A stretch of 28,542 bases of DNA, taken from positions 1 through 28,542 of the forward strand of contig JAZDIZ010000044.1 in the NCBI GenBank assembly GCA_043804515.1, written 5' to 3'. The position numbers and the translations under genes were made by a program. The notes beneath the pieces are model-generated. The model had not been told where the DNA came from. It saw only the letters and a list, made by a program, of their open reading frames with translations, and made no database searches. This DNA comes from Pseudomonadota bacterium. GTDB lineage: Bacteria; Bdellovibrionota_G; JALEGL01; DATDPG01. Below, piece after piece: positions 16,628 to 25,141 of this stretch; position 1 is the stretch's first letter; each line of letters opens with the position of its first letter.

Positions 16628-17767
16628 ATGCCTTCAACCAAGACCTCATTTAGATTAAACACCGTGCACGGCTCAAAACCGCATCTTGGGAGCCTGACCC
16701 ATAAGCACGTCGTTGCCGCAAGCGAGGCACTGCAGGATTCGGGAATCCTCCGGAGATTCCGGAGATTGAGCTTGCTCAAGAAGACGCTGGTTGCGAACTT
16801 CGCCGTCGTTCTGGTGGGCGCGGTGGCAGGAACGTTCCTGACCCGGGCCTTGGCTGACCGGCACTCCGGATGGATTCTGGCGGTAGTCTTTTCCAGCTGC
16901 GGAGCCGTGATCACATTTCTCGTGAATTACCTGGCGTTTTGGGATCATTTTCGCCCTCTTGTGGAGCTGAGCCGCGCGCTCGACGCCATCCGCAGCGGCC
17001 AGCAGGGTCGAAACGCCATTGAAGGAGTGCGGGCTTCCGGATTCAGCGGGGTCCTCGACTCGGTCCGCACGCTTCTGGAGCGGATCGAGGATGATTCGCT
17101 TCAGTTCTCCGCGCGCCTTCTCGGATCGATCGAGACGGAGCGGCAACGCATCGGGCGCGAATTACACGACGACACGAGCCAAATCCTCGCCGCTGCGTTG
17201 CTCAAGCTGGATCTGGCCCAGCGCAATCTGCCGGCCGAGACCACCGCCGCGCGCGGCGCACTCGCCTCCGTTCGCGACCTGTTGGAACGGACACTCGATC
17301 AGCTGAAGGCGGTGATCTACGACTTGCGGCCAGCGATCCTGGATGATCTTGGGCTGACGGCCGCGTTGAACTGGTATGTGAAGGCGCGGGTGGAACAGGC
17401 GGAACTCGAAATCGTCGTGCATCTTCCCGAGGGGGCACCGCGTCTCGCACCCCAGGTGGAAACGGCGCTTTACCGGATCGGACAAGAAGCCATCGCCAAC
17501 GCGGTCAAACATGCCGACGCCGCACGCCTCGAGCTGGGGTTGGAAATCAAGCCCGGCTACGCGGCGCTGACCGTTTTCGACGACGGCCGGGGGTTCGAGC
17601 TTCCTGCGGCGCGGGGCCGGGGCCTGGGTCTTCTTTCCATGCAGGAGCGCGCGGCTCTGTTGGGGGGGACGTTCAACATAGTAACGGAACCCGGTCTGGG
17701 CACGCGCGTTTACGCAGTGGTGCCGTTGGAGGAATCGCCCTCGATCACAAAGGAGTCCGAGACATGA
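16628..17767 (+). CDS. Membrane sensor histidine kinase, HisKA_3 (NarX/UhpB-like)
   Basis: ATG 16628 after GAGGTG; two closely spaced TM helices; ERQRIGRELHDDTSQ; LRPAILDDLGL; YRIGQEAIANAVKHA; DDGRGF; GLGL..MQERA. Confidence 0.9.
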   Translation: MPSTKTSFRLNTVHGSKPHLGSLTHKHVVAASEALQDSGILRRFRRLSLLKKTLVANFAVVLVGAVAGTFLTRALADRHSGWILAVVFSSCGAVITFLVNYLAFWDHFRPLVELSRALDAIRSGQQGRNAIEGVRASGFSGVLDSVRTLLERIEDDSLQFSARLLGSIETERQRIGRELHDDTSQILAAALLKLDLAQRNLPAETTAARGALASVRDLLERTLDQLKAVIYDLRPAILDDLGLTAALNWYVKARVEQAELEIVVHLPEGAPRLAPQVETALYRIGQEAIANAVKHADAARLELGLEIKPGYAALTVFDDGRGFELPAARGRGLGLLSMQERAALLGGTFNIVTEPGLGTRVYAVVPLEESPSITKESET

Positions 17768-18429
17768 TTCGCATACTTCTGGCAGACGACCACACGCTGT
17801 TTCGCGAAGGAGTGCGCTCTCTATTCGCAAACGAGAGCGATATCGAAGTGGTGGGTGAAGCAGCCAACGGGGACGAGGCGGTCCGCAAGACCGCCGAGCT
17901 CGAACCCGATCTGGTCGTGATGGACATCATGATGCCCGTCATGAACGGAATCGAGGCCACGCGCCGGATCCACGAATCGCATCCCGAGACGAAAATCCTG
18001 GTTCTGAGCATGTACGACGATGAGGAGTACATGCACCGTTTGTTGGCCGCCGGCGCCTCCGGCTGCATGCTGAAGCGGGCAACGAGCGACGAACTCATCA
18101 ACGCCGTCCGCGAAGTCATGGCCGGCGGCATGCCGCTTCACCCCACGATTGCGGCGAAGGTCGTCAAGGACTATGTGCGGCGCGCACAGGGGCTCGAGGA
18201 GACGTCGACCTCCCGCGATCTGACTCCGCGGGAACTCGAAGTGCTCAGGCTCGTGGCCGAAGGGCATACGAACCAGGCGATCGCCGACTGTCTGAACCTC
18301 AGCCGAAAAACAGTAGATGTTCATCGCACCCGACTGATGCGCAAGCTGGACATTCATGACGCCAGAGAGCTGGTGAAGTACGCGCTCCGACACGGCATTA
18401 TCACGCTGGATCCGCAACCCAAGGGCTGA
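17764..18429 (+). CDS. NarL/LuxR-family response regulator
   Basis: ILLADDH, VVMDIMMP, LTPRELEVLRLVAEG.TNQAIA..KTVDVHR; ATGA overlap with the kinase. Confidence 0.93.
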   Translation: MIRILLADDHTLFREGVRSLFANESDIEVVGEAANGDEAVRKTAELEPDLVVMDIMMPVMNGIEATRRIHESHPETKILVLSMYDDEEYMHRLLAAGASGCMLKRATSDELINAVREVMAGGMPLHPTIAAKVVKDYVRRAQGLEETSTSRDLTPRELEVLRLVAEGHTNQAIADCLNLSRKTVDVHRTRLMRKLDIHDARELVKYALRHGIITLDPQPKG

Positions 18430-18650
18430 AATTCCCCGCCGCAGACTGCGGGGGCCGGCGACTCTAGATTTGGGGACGGAGGTAGTCTAGAATACCGACT
18501 GCTTCGATTCTACCTTGTTGAATTAATTACACTTTATCGAGAAGCGCTTTATCAAACGCCAAGATCTCCAGCCCGGGCTCCGTCTCCCATTCTCATGATG
18601 GAAATGGCTTTTGCGTCTGCCCGATCCACGAATGTCCGAGGAGGCCAGCT

Positions 18651-19142
18651 GTGACCGGGACCGTCGTTACGTACAAACCCATCGGCGTGATCCGCAGCGG
18701 GCATCACATTGCGGAGCAGACCCCGATCCAACCGGTGTATGCGAAGGGTTGCAAGGGACGGGTCGAGGTCTTCCCGGAATTCGCGGAAGGCTTGCGCGAC
18801 CTGGAAGGTTTCTCACACGTCTATCTCATCTATCATTTGCATAAGGGCGGGCCTGCGAAGCTCGTGGTGAAACCCTTTCTGCAGGACGTCGACCGAGGGG
18901 TGTTTTCAACGCGCTCGCCCCGCCGCCCCAACGCCATCGGAATGAGCATCGTGGAGTTGATCCGCCGCGACGGGAATGTCCTTCACATCGACAGCGTGGA
19001 TATCCTGGACGGCACGCCGCTGCTGGATATCAAGCCGTACACGACCCGGTTCGACCGCATCGAAGGCACACGGAACGGTTGGCACGACGAGGTCGACGAG
19101 GAAACGGCGAAGCGCCGGGGAACGCGTACGCAACCCAAGTGA
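18651..19142 (+). CDS. tsaA: TsaA/TrmO (YaeB-family) SAM-binding tRNA methyltransferase-like protein, short form
   Basis: GTG after GAGGAGG; PIGVIRS, GLRDLEGFSHV, GVFSTRSPRRPNAIG, DILDGTPLLDIKPY. Confidence 0.85.
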   Translation: MTGTVVTYKPIGVIRSGHHIAEQTPIQPVYAKGCKGRVEVFPEFAEGLRDLEGFSHVYLIYHLHKGGPAKLVVKPFLQDVDRGVFSTRSPRRPNAIGMSIVELIRRDGNVLHIDSVDILDGTPLLDIKPYTTRFDRIEGTRNGWHDEVDEETAKRRGTRTQPK

Positions 19143-19203
19143 CCCTGGCGGTCTACGACCCCCATTCTTCCTTCCCCGATTTTTCCTTTGAATCGCTATG
19201 CCA

Positions 19204-19668
19204 TCAGGCCGCTTTCAGCGCGACGATATCCAGTTCCACATTCAGGCATGCTAGGAGGCGGACCATTTCGTCCAGACTCTTTTGCGCGTTCGCGGTATCC
19301 AAAAGGCGATAGATCTGTGAAGGAGATGTCTTCAGGCGCCGGGTCAATTCTCTTTTGGTGATTCCTGACCCTTTCAGCGCCTTTTGCCCCATAATCGTGA
19401 GCCGATACAGCAACATGCGCCGCAGATAGTTGGGATCCCGATTGTATTCGAGCACCGCATCGAGCGGCACGGTGTCCATTCTCCCCGAGGAAAGGCGATA
19501 CGTGAATCCCTCCATTCCGATCTCGGGGTCCGCGTAAACGGATTCAATTCTCTCCGAGTGCCGAGAACGCAGACGGAGCTTCGCAAATGGAAAGCGCATG
19601 GTTTTTCCCTTTACGATTAGAACAAACGCTTTGGTCCGTCGGTCGATACTCACGCGCTCGATCTTCAC
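19204..19668 (-). CDS. Putative antitoxin: DUF2442-like N-terminus plus XRE-like HTH
   Basis: GTGA overlap with the upstream small ORF; C-terminal ITKRELTRRLKTSPSQIYRLLD HTH; two-gene toxin-antitoxin layout. Confidence 0.65.
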   Translation of the reverse strand: MKIERVSIDRRTKAFVLIVKGKTMRFPFAKLRLRSRHSERIESVYADPEIGMEGFTYRLSSGRMDTVPLDAVLEYNRDPNYLRRMLLYRLTIMGQKALKGSGITKRELTRRLKTSPSQIYRLLDTANAQKSLDEMVRLLACLNVELDIVALKAA

Positions 19669-19856
19669 AAACGACCTTCTTTCTTAAGTTCCATAATCAG
19701 TCGCACAATACGGCGCTTCGCCCTTCCCTCCATTGGGCGCCCCTCATCCAGGTTCCACCTCACGACCAACCGCCCGTCCCGGTAGACATGGACGTGATGG
19801 CCGTGGTCGCCGATCCAGGTGATGAAGACAAAACCGCCTCGCCGGATCTTTCCCAT
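19665..19856 (-). CDS. Putative DUF4160-like small toxin
   Basis: 63 aa, basic; GGFVF..GDHGHHVHV resembles the DUF4160 DHxPxHVH motif; translationally coupled to the HTH gene. Confidence 0.6.
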   Translation of the reverse strand: MGKIRRGGFVFITWIGDHGHHVHVYRDGRLVVRWNLDEGRPMEGRAKRRIVRLIMELKKEGRL

Positions 19857-19858
19857 AT

Positions 19859-19887
19859 ATAGTACCTTACGAGGTACGTCTTTTCAA
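19859..19887 (-). promoter_or_regulatory. Sigma70-like promoter overlapping a palindromic operator of the toxin-antitoxin pair
   Basis: Minus strand TTGAAA-N17-TACTAT; inverted repeat GTACCT-TACG-AGGTAC (19862-19877) covers the spacer and part of the -10. Confidence 0.55.
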
Positions 19888-19977
19888 GAACGCCTTAGGC
19901 GCGTCAGCCGATGGCCAGATCGCAAGGTCCATACGATTCGACCAAGCACGCTCGATGCCACACGAGAGCAATAATGA

Positions 19978-19990
19978 TTTCAACGAGTTA
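19978..19990 (+). promoter_or_regulatory. Possible IHF site
   Basis: TTTCAACGAGTTA has one mismatch to WATCAANNNNTTR and lies in an AT-rich patch. Confidence 0.35.
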
Positions 19991-20102
19991 CAAATATCGA
20001 TAAAGACCGCAATTCAGTCGCCGTCCGGAATCAGGACTTGAGGGCAAGACTCACGATGCGGCTTCCTTCCCTCACGCGTTCGAGTAGCCAACGTTTGACA
20101 CA

Positions 20103-20118
20103 TGGCGGCATTTCTGCT
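20103..20118 (+). promoter_or_regulatory. Possible sigma54 promoter
   Basis: TGGCGGCATTTCTGCT has GG-N10-GC spacing; the predicted start (about 20129) lies just before SD GGAG and ATG 20147. Confidence 0.4.
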
Positions 20119-20146
20119 TATAGGCACATCTCTCCAGGAGATCGAC

Positions 20147-20710
20147 ATGAAGAAAGCGCCGTTGGTCCTGTCGTTTTGTTTGCTCCTCTTTTCACCTGCC
20201 CACGCCCATGCCATCGGCGCGTATGAGTGTTCCATCGTGGAGGACCTGCAAACACTTCAGCGTGCGGCCAATGAAACTCTTCTCACATTCGTCAATTCCC
20301 TTAGAGCAAGTCAGAGTTGCCCGGTTTCGGTCGAATATGACGGCACGGCTGTCCTTGATTTCAGCCAAGGGTGGATCGCATGCGCGCGGATCCAGGGCCC
20401 GGCGCTCTTCCATCACTCGTTCGTCGTGACCTTCTTGGCGGATCAGATCCACTCCTCTTGCTCGAAGGATGGCGTGATTCATTCGACGTTGGTTTCGGCG
20501 CCCTACTTTATGTCGAAACCCGCGCTATCTGGAAACGACAACGAAGCCAAATCGACGGCGCCAATTCAGCGCGTACGGGTCGATTTGGACCGTGATTCGA
20601 ATGGTAATGTCCAGTCTCGAGAGTTCTATATCGAGCAGGCTACAAACCACCGGGGATTTTTTCCTCGAACCACGTGGCGGGTCGTCGGCAAGCTCGGCTG
20701 CCGGGGCTGA
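20147..20710 (+). CDS. Secreted hypothetical protein
   Basis: SD GGAG; Sec signal MKKAPLVLSFCLLLFSPAHA; five Cys in the mature part; no family recognised. Confidence 0.65.
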   Translation: MKKAPLVLSFCLLLFSPAHAHAIGAYECSIVEDLQTLQRAANETLLTFVNSLRASQSCPVSVEYDGTAVLDFSQGWIACARIQGPALFHHSFVVTFLADQIHSSCSKDGVIHSTLVSAPYFMSKPALSGNDNEAKSTAPIQRVRVDLDRDSNGNVQSREFYIEQATNHRGFFPRTTWRVVGKLGCRG

Positions 20711-20821
20711 TCCAAAACTTCTAAGAGAAACGAGGGACCGGGGCGGACAACAATTTCACCCCTCATGTGCCTCACAAATATGACGTTTCCTTCGTGAATA
20801 ATCCGGGTTAATTTCCGCACG

Positions 20822-21136
20822 ATGAAGCTTTCGCACAAGGACCTGCTCCACGTGGCCGAGCTGGCCCGGCTCGAGATTCCGGAGCGCCTTCGCGAGACGA
20901 TCGAGCGGCAGTTCAACGAGATCGTGGGTTATGTCGAAAAGCTCAATGAGTTGGACACGAAGGGGATCGAGCCGACGGCGCAGGTGATCAGCGAGGCCGC
21001 AAAGACGGGGACGCCGCTTGCCGCCGACACCCCGGGCCCGTCCCTTCCGAAGGAAGAAGCCCTTCGGAACGCTCCGGACAAACAAGACGACTTCTTCAAG
21101 GTGCCTCGGATGATCGGAGACGAGGGAGAGGGATGA
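20822..21136 (+). CDS. gatC: Asp/Glu-tRNA amidotransferase subunit C
   Basis: HVAELARL..YVEKLNELDT.GIEPT..NAP..FFKVPR. Confidence 0.95.
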   Translation: MKLSHKDLLHVAELARLEIPERLRETIERQFNEIVGYVEKLNELDTKGIEPTAQVISEAAKTGTPLAADTPGPSLPKEEALRNAPDKQDDFFKVPRMIGDEGEG

Positions 21137-22599
21137 ACCAGGATCTTCGGGAAGCCTCCGTCACGGAACTCCGTGCGTTGCTGGACGCGAAGAGTGTGTC
21201 CTCAGTTGAACTGACAAAGTTATTTCTGGACGAGATCGGACGCCGCAACCCCGAACTCAACGCGTTCATAACCGTGACGCCGGACCCGGCGCTTCACCAG
21301 GCGGAGGAAGCGGACCGGCGCATCGCGAGTCGGCGGGACGTCCGGCCGTTGACGGGAATCCCCGTGGCCGTCAAAGACACGATCCTCGTGAAGGGCGTCC
21401 GAGCCACGGCTGCCTCTCAGATCTTGAAATCATTTATCGCGCCGTATGACGCCACGGTGACCCGCCGGATCCTGGATGCGGGCGCCGTCATTCTGGGCAA
21501 AACCAATTGCGACGAGTTCGCAATGGGTTCATCCACGGAAAACTCGTCCTTCGGAAACACGCACAATCCCTGGAATCTGAAATGCGTGCCCGGTGGAAGC
21601 AGCGGAGGTTCGGCCGCCGCTTTAGCGGCGCGCCTGGCGCCTCTCGCGCTCGGCACCGACACGGGCGGCTCGGTCCGCCAGCCGGCGGCTATGTGCGGGA
21701 TCTCGGCACTCAAACCCACGTACGGCCGCGTCAGCCGTTTCGGCGTGATCGCGTTCGCATCCTCCTTGGACCAAGTGGGACCGATGGCCCGGACGACAAA
21801 GGACGTTGCCGCCCTCTACGAAACGATCGCAGGGGCCGATCCGAACGATTCGACGTGCTCCGCGTCCCCCGTCGGCGACCTCAAGTCCTGTTTCACGCGC
21901 GACCTCAAGGGTCTTCGCATCGGATACCCCAAGGAATACGTCCCCAAGGAGATGGCGAAAGAAGTCCGGGAGAATTTCTTCGCCGCCCTCAAAGCGCTCG
22001 AAAAACTCGGGGCGAACGTGGAGGAAGTTTCGCTTCCGCACACCGAGTATGCGATCGCCTGTTACTACATCGTGGCCACGGCCGAAGCCTCTTCGAACCT
22101 GGCCCGGTACGACGGTGTCCGCTACACGTCCCGAGCCGCCGGGGCGAAGACGCTCCGCGATCTTTACGTGAGATCCCGGACCGAGGCGTTCGGCGCCGAA
22201 GTTCAGCGACGGATCCTGCTCGGGACGTTCGTCTTAAGTTCCGGCTACTACGATGCGTACTACCGCAAGGCGCAACAGGTGCGCACGCTGATCCGAGCCG
22301 ATTTCGAGAAGGCCTTTTCAAAAGTCGACGTCATCGCGACGCCGACGTCCCCCACCCCCGCGTTCGAATTGGGTTCCAAAGTCACGAGCCCGTTGGAGAT
22401 GTATCTCTCCGACATCTTCACCGTATCCATCTCGCTTGCGGGACTTCCCGGCCTGGCCGTTCCGAGCGGTTTTGTGGCTGCGGGATTGCCCCTCGGTCTC
22501 CAACTGGTGGGAAAACCGAGTGACGAGGTGACGTTGTTCCGTACGGGCCACGCGTACGAAGACGAAACGCGTTACTTCACAAAGAGGCCGCCCGCATGA
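21133..22599 (+). CDS. gatA: Asp/Glu-tRNA amidotransferase subunit A
   Basis: GKTNCDEFAMGSSTENS, PGGSSGGS, GTDTGGSVRQPA, SSNLARYDG. Confidence 0.97.
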   Translation: MNQDLREASVTELRALLDAKSVSSVELTKLFLDEIGRRNPELNAFITVTPDPALHQAEEADRRIASRRDVRPLTGIPVAVKDTILVKGVRATAASQILKSFIAPYDATVTRRILDAGAVILGKTNCDEFAMGSSTENSSFGNTHNPWNLKCVPGGSSGGSAAALAARLAPLALGTDTGGSVRQPAAMCGISALKPTYGRVSRFGVIAFASSLDQVGPMARTTKDVAALYETIAGADPNDSTCSASPVGDLKSCFTRDLKGLRIGYPKEYVPKEMAKEVRENFFAALKALEKLGANVEEVSLPHTEYAIACYYIVATAEASSNLARYDGVRYTSRAAGAKTLRDLYVRSRTEAFGAEVQRRILLGTFVLSSGYYDAYYRKAQQVRTLIRADFEKAFSKVDVIATPTSPTPAFELGSKVTSPLEMYLSDIFTVSISLAGLPGLAVPSGFVAAGLPLGLQLVGKPSDEVTLFRTGHAYEDETRYFTKRPPA

Positions 22600-24056
22600 A
22601 GTACGAGACCACGATCGGCCTGGAGGTGCACGCCCAGCTTCGGACGCGCACGAAAATGTTCTGCCGGTGCGAGAACGTTTTCGGCCGCGAGCCAAACACG
22701 CTCACGTGTCCCGTTTGCCTGGGCCTTCCGGGCGCGCTTCCCGTTTTGAACCGGCAGGCGATCGCCCTGGCGATCCGGATGGGGCTGGCGCTTCATTGCG
22801 AGATCCGCCCGCGGTCCGTCTTCGCGCGGAAGAACTATTTTTATCCCGATCTTCCCAAGGGCTATCAGATCTCCCAGTTCGACCGGCCGCTGAGCGAGAA
22901 AGGTTTTTTGGAGATCCGGTCTTCAAACGGTCCGAAACGGATCGGGATCGAGCGCGTCCACGTGGAAGAGGATGCGGGGAAGCTCCTTCACGGCGACAAC
23001 CTTCTTACCAAAGAGGGGAGCCTGGTGGACCTGAACCGGTGCGGCGTTCCGTTGGTGGAAATCGTGGGCGCTCCGGATTTGACCACGCCGCAGGAGGCGG
23101 CCGAATATCTCAAGAAACTTCGTTCAATCGTGAGGTACACCGACGTCTGCGACGGCAACATGGAAGAGGGAAGTTTCCGCTGCGACGCCAACGTTTCCGT
23201 GAAACCCGAGGGATCGAAGTCGTTGGGAACGAAGGTCGAGATCAAGAACATGAACTCGTTCAAGCACGTTCAGAAGGCGCTCGAATTCGAGATCCAGAGA
23301 CAAACGGAAGCGCTGGAGCGCGGGGAAAAGATCGCCCAGGAGACGCGTTTGTGGAATCCGGACGAGGGAGGCACGTCGTCCATGCGCTCCAAGGAATACG
23401 CCCACGACTACCGGTATTTTCCCGAGCCTGATCTCCTTCCGCTGGAATTCGAAACCGCGTGGATCGAGGAGATCAAACGTTCCCTTCCCGAGCTTCCGGA
23501 CGACCGCCGCGCCAGGTTCGAGGAAACGTTCAGGCTCCCGCCGTACGACGCCGAGGTCCTGACGGCCGAGAAAGAAACCGCCGAATATTTCGAAGAAGTT
23601 CTGAGAAACTACGGAACGCAAGCTCCCGACAAAGCCAAGGCGATCAGCAATACCATTACGAGCGTGGCGCTTGGGATCGCGAACGAGCGAGGTGAGCGTC
23701 TCGACAAGTCGAACATGAAACCCAAGTATGTCGCGGACCTTCAAAAGTTGATCGATGACGGATCGATCAGCGGGAAAATGGCCAAGGAAGTGTTGGAGGA
23801 GCTGGCCCAGACGGGCGAGGAACCCTCCGCCATCGTCAAAAAGAAAGGACTTGCTCAAATCAGCGACCGGGGTGCGTTGGAGAAGGTCGTGCGGGACGTG
23901 ATCGCGGCCAACCCCACGCAAACCCAGCAATACAAGGCGGGGAAAGAAAAGCTGTTCGGCTTCTTCGTGGGGCAGGTCATGAAAGCCACGGGGGGCCAAG
24001 CCAATCCGGTGCTCCTGAACGAAATCCTCAAAGCGGAGCTTTCCCGTGGCGTTTGA
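22596..24056 (+). CDS. gatB: Asp/Glu-tRNA amidotransferase subunit B
   Basis: IGLEVHAQL, RKNYFYPDLPKGYQISQ, HVEEDAGK, RCDANVS, DYRYFPEPDL. Confidence 0.97.
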   Translation: MKYETTIGLEVHAQLRTRTKMFCRCENVFGREPNTLTCPVCLGLPGALPVLNRQAIALAIRMGLALHCEIRPRSVFARKNYFYPDLPKGYQISQFDRPLSEKGFLEIRSSNGPKRIGIERVHVEEDAGKLLHGDNLLTKEGSLVDLNRCGVPLVEIVGAPDLTTPQEAAEYLKKLRSIVRYTDVCDGNMEEGSFRCDANVSVKPEGSKSLGTKVEIKNMNSFKHVQKALEFEIQRQTEALERGEKIAQETRLWNPDEGGTSSMRSKEYAHDYRYFPEPDLLPLEFETAWIEEIKRSLPELPDDRRARFEETFRLPPYDAEVLTAEKETAEYFEEVLRNYGTQAPDKAKAISNTITSVALGIANERGERLDKSNMKPKYVADLQKLIDDGSISGKMAKEVLEELAQTGEEPSAIVKKKGLAQISDRGALEKVVRDVIAANPTQTQQYKAGKEKLFGFFVGQVMKATGGQANPVLLNEILKAELSRGV

Positions 24057-25083
24057 AACCGTCGAATGGAAGGACGGCAAGGTAGTCGTTCTGGACCAGA
24101 AACTCCTCCCGCACAAGACCAAATACCACTCCTATTCCGAGCCAGAAGAGGTGGCCCGATCGATTCAAGACATGACTCTCCGGGGGGCGCCGGCGATCGG
24201 CGTCGCGGCCGCCTTAGGCCTTGCGCTGGGGGCCCAAAAGTTGGCCAAAACGGATCTCGCGAATGCCCGGGAGCGGTTTGAAGAATGGGCGCGAATGTTC
24301 GCCCAAACGCGCCCCACGGCGGTGAACCTGTTCTGGGCCATTGAGCGCATGAAGGGGATGTCCGCCCGTTCGTTCGATTCCGCCAAATCCTGGGCGGACG
24401 CACTATTAAAGGAGGCGCTCCTGATCCGGGAAGAGGACATCGCGGCGTGCAAACGGATGGGAGAACTGGGAAACGAGCTGGTCCCCCCGAACGCCCGGAT
24501 TCTCACACATTGCAATGCGGGAGCATTGGCCACGGCGGGATGGGGAACGGCTCTGGGCGTGATCCGGTCCGCCGCGAAAGCCGGGAAGAACATCTCGGTT
24601 TGGGTGGACGAAACCCGCCCCTTCCTCCAAGGGGCCCGCCTGACCGCGTGGGAGCTCAAAGAGGAAGGAATTCCCGCGACGTTGATCTCCGACAATATGG
24701 CGGGGCACTTCATGTCCCGAGGGGAAGTGGACCTGGTGATCGTGGGTGCGGATCGGATCGCCGCCAACGGCGACGTGGCGAACAAGATCGGCACGTACAC
24801 TCTCGCGGTGCTTGCGCATGAGAACCGCGTTCCTTTTTTCGTGGCCGCACCGCTTTCCACGCTCGATTTCAACACGCCGACGGGAAAGGAAATTCCGATC
24901 GAGGAGCGGGATCCGAAGGAGGTGGCCGAGTTCGGAGGTGTTCGCGTGGCACCCGACGCGGTCCATGCGCGTCACCCCGCGTTCGACGTGACGCCCAACC
25001 GGTTCATCACCGCCATCATCACGGAAGCGGGGATCGCCAAGCCGCCGTACGGCGAATCGCTCCGGAAGTTTAAAAAACCTTGA
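24046..25083 (+). CDS. mtnA: S-methyl-5-thioribose-1-phosphate isomerase
   Basis: LRGAPAIG, TRPTAVNL, LTHCNAGALAT, ETRPFLQGARLT, GDVANKIGTY, PAFDVTP. Confidence 0.95.
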   Translation: MAFETVEWKDGKVVVLDQKLLPHKTKYHSYSEPEEVARSIQDMTLRGAPAIGVAAALGLALGAQKLAKTDLANARERFEEWARMFAQTRPTAVNLFWAIERMKGMSARSFDSAKSWADALLKEALLIREEDIAACKRMGELGNELVPPNARILTHCNAGALATAGWGTALGVIRSAAKAGKNISVWVDETRPFLQGARLTAWELKEEGIPATLISDNMAGHFMSRGEVDLVIVGADRIAANGDVANKIGTYTLAVLAHENRVPFFVAAPLSTLDFNTPTGKEIPIEERDPKEVAEFGGVRVAPDAVHARHPAFDVTPNRFITAIITEAGIAKPPYGESLRKFKKP

Positions 25084-25141
25084 AGAACAACGCGTCGGGG
25101 CCTAGGCTCTGCGCCGTTTCGTCGCCCAAGGGAGGTCTCAC

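Noticed and set aside
18433..18456. GC hairpin after the response regulator as a terminator
   Set aside because: Bulged stem with no U-tract.
18605..18621. TGGC..TGC upstream of tsaA as a sigma54 promoter
   Set aside because: GG-to-GC spacing is 11 nt, not the required 10.
19924..19934. AAGGTCCATAC identical to 16567-16577
   Set aside because: An 11-mer match is expected by chance, and the second half-site of the palindrome is missing.
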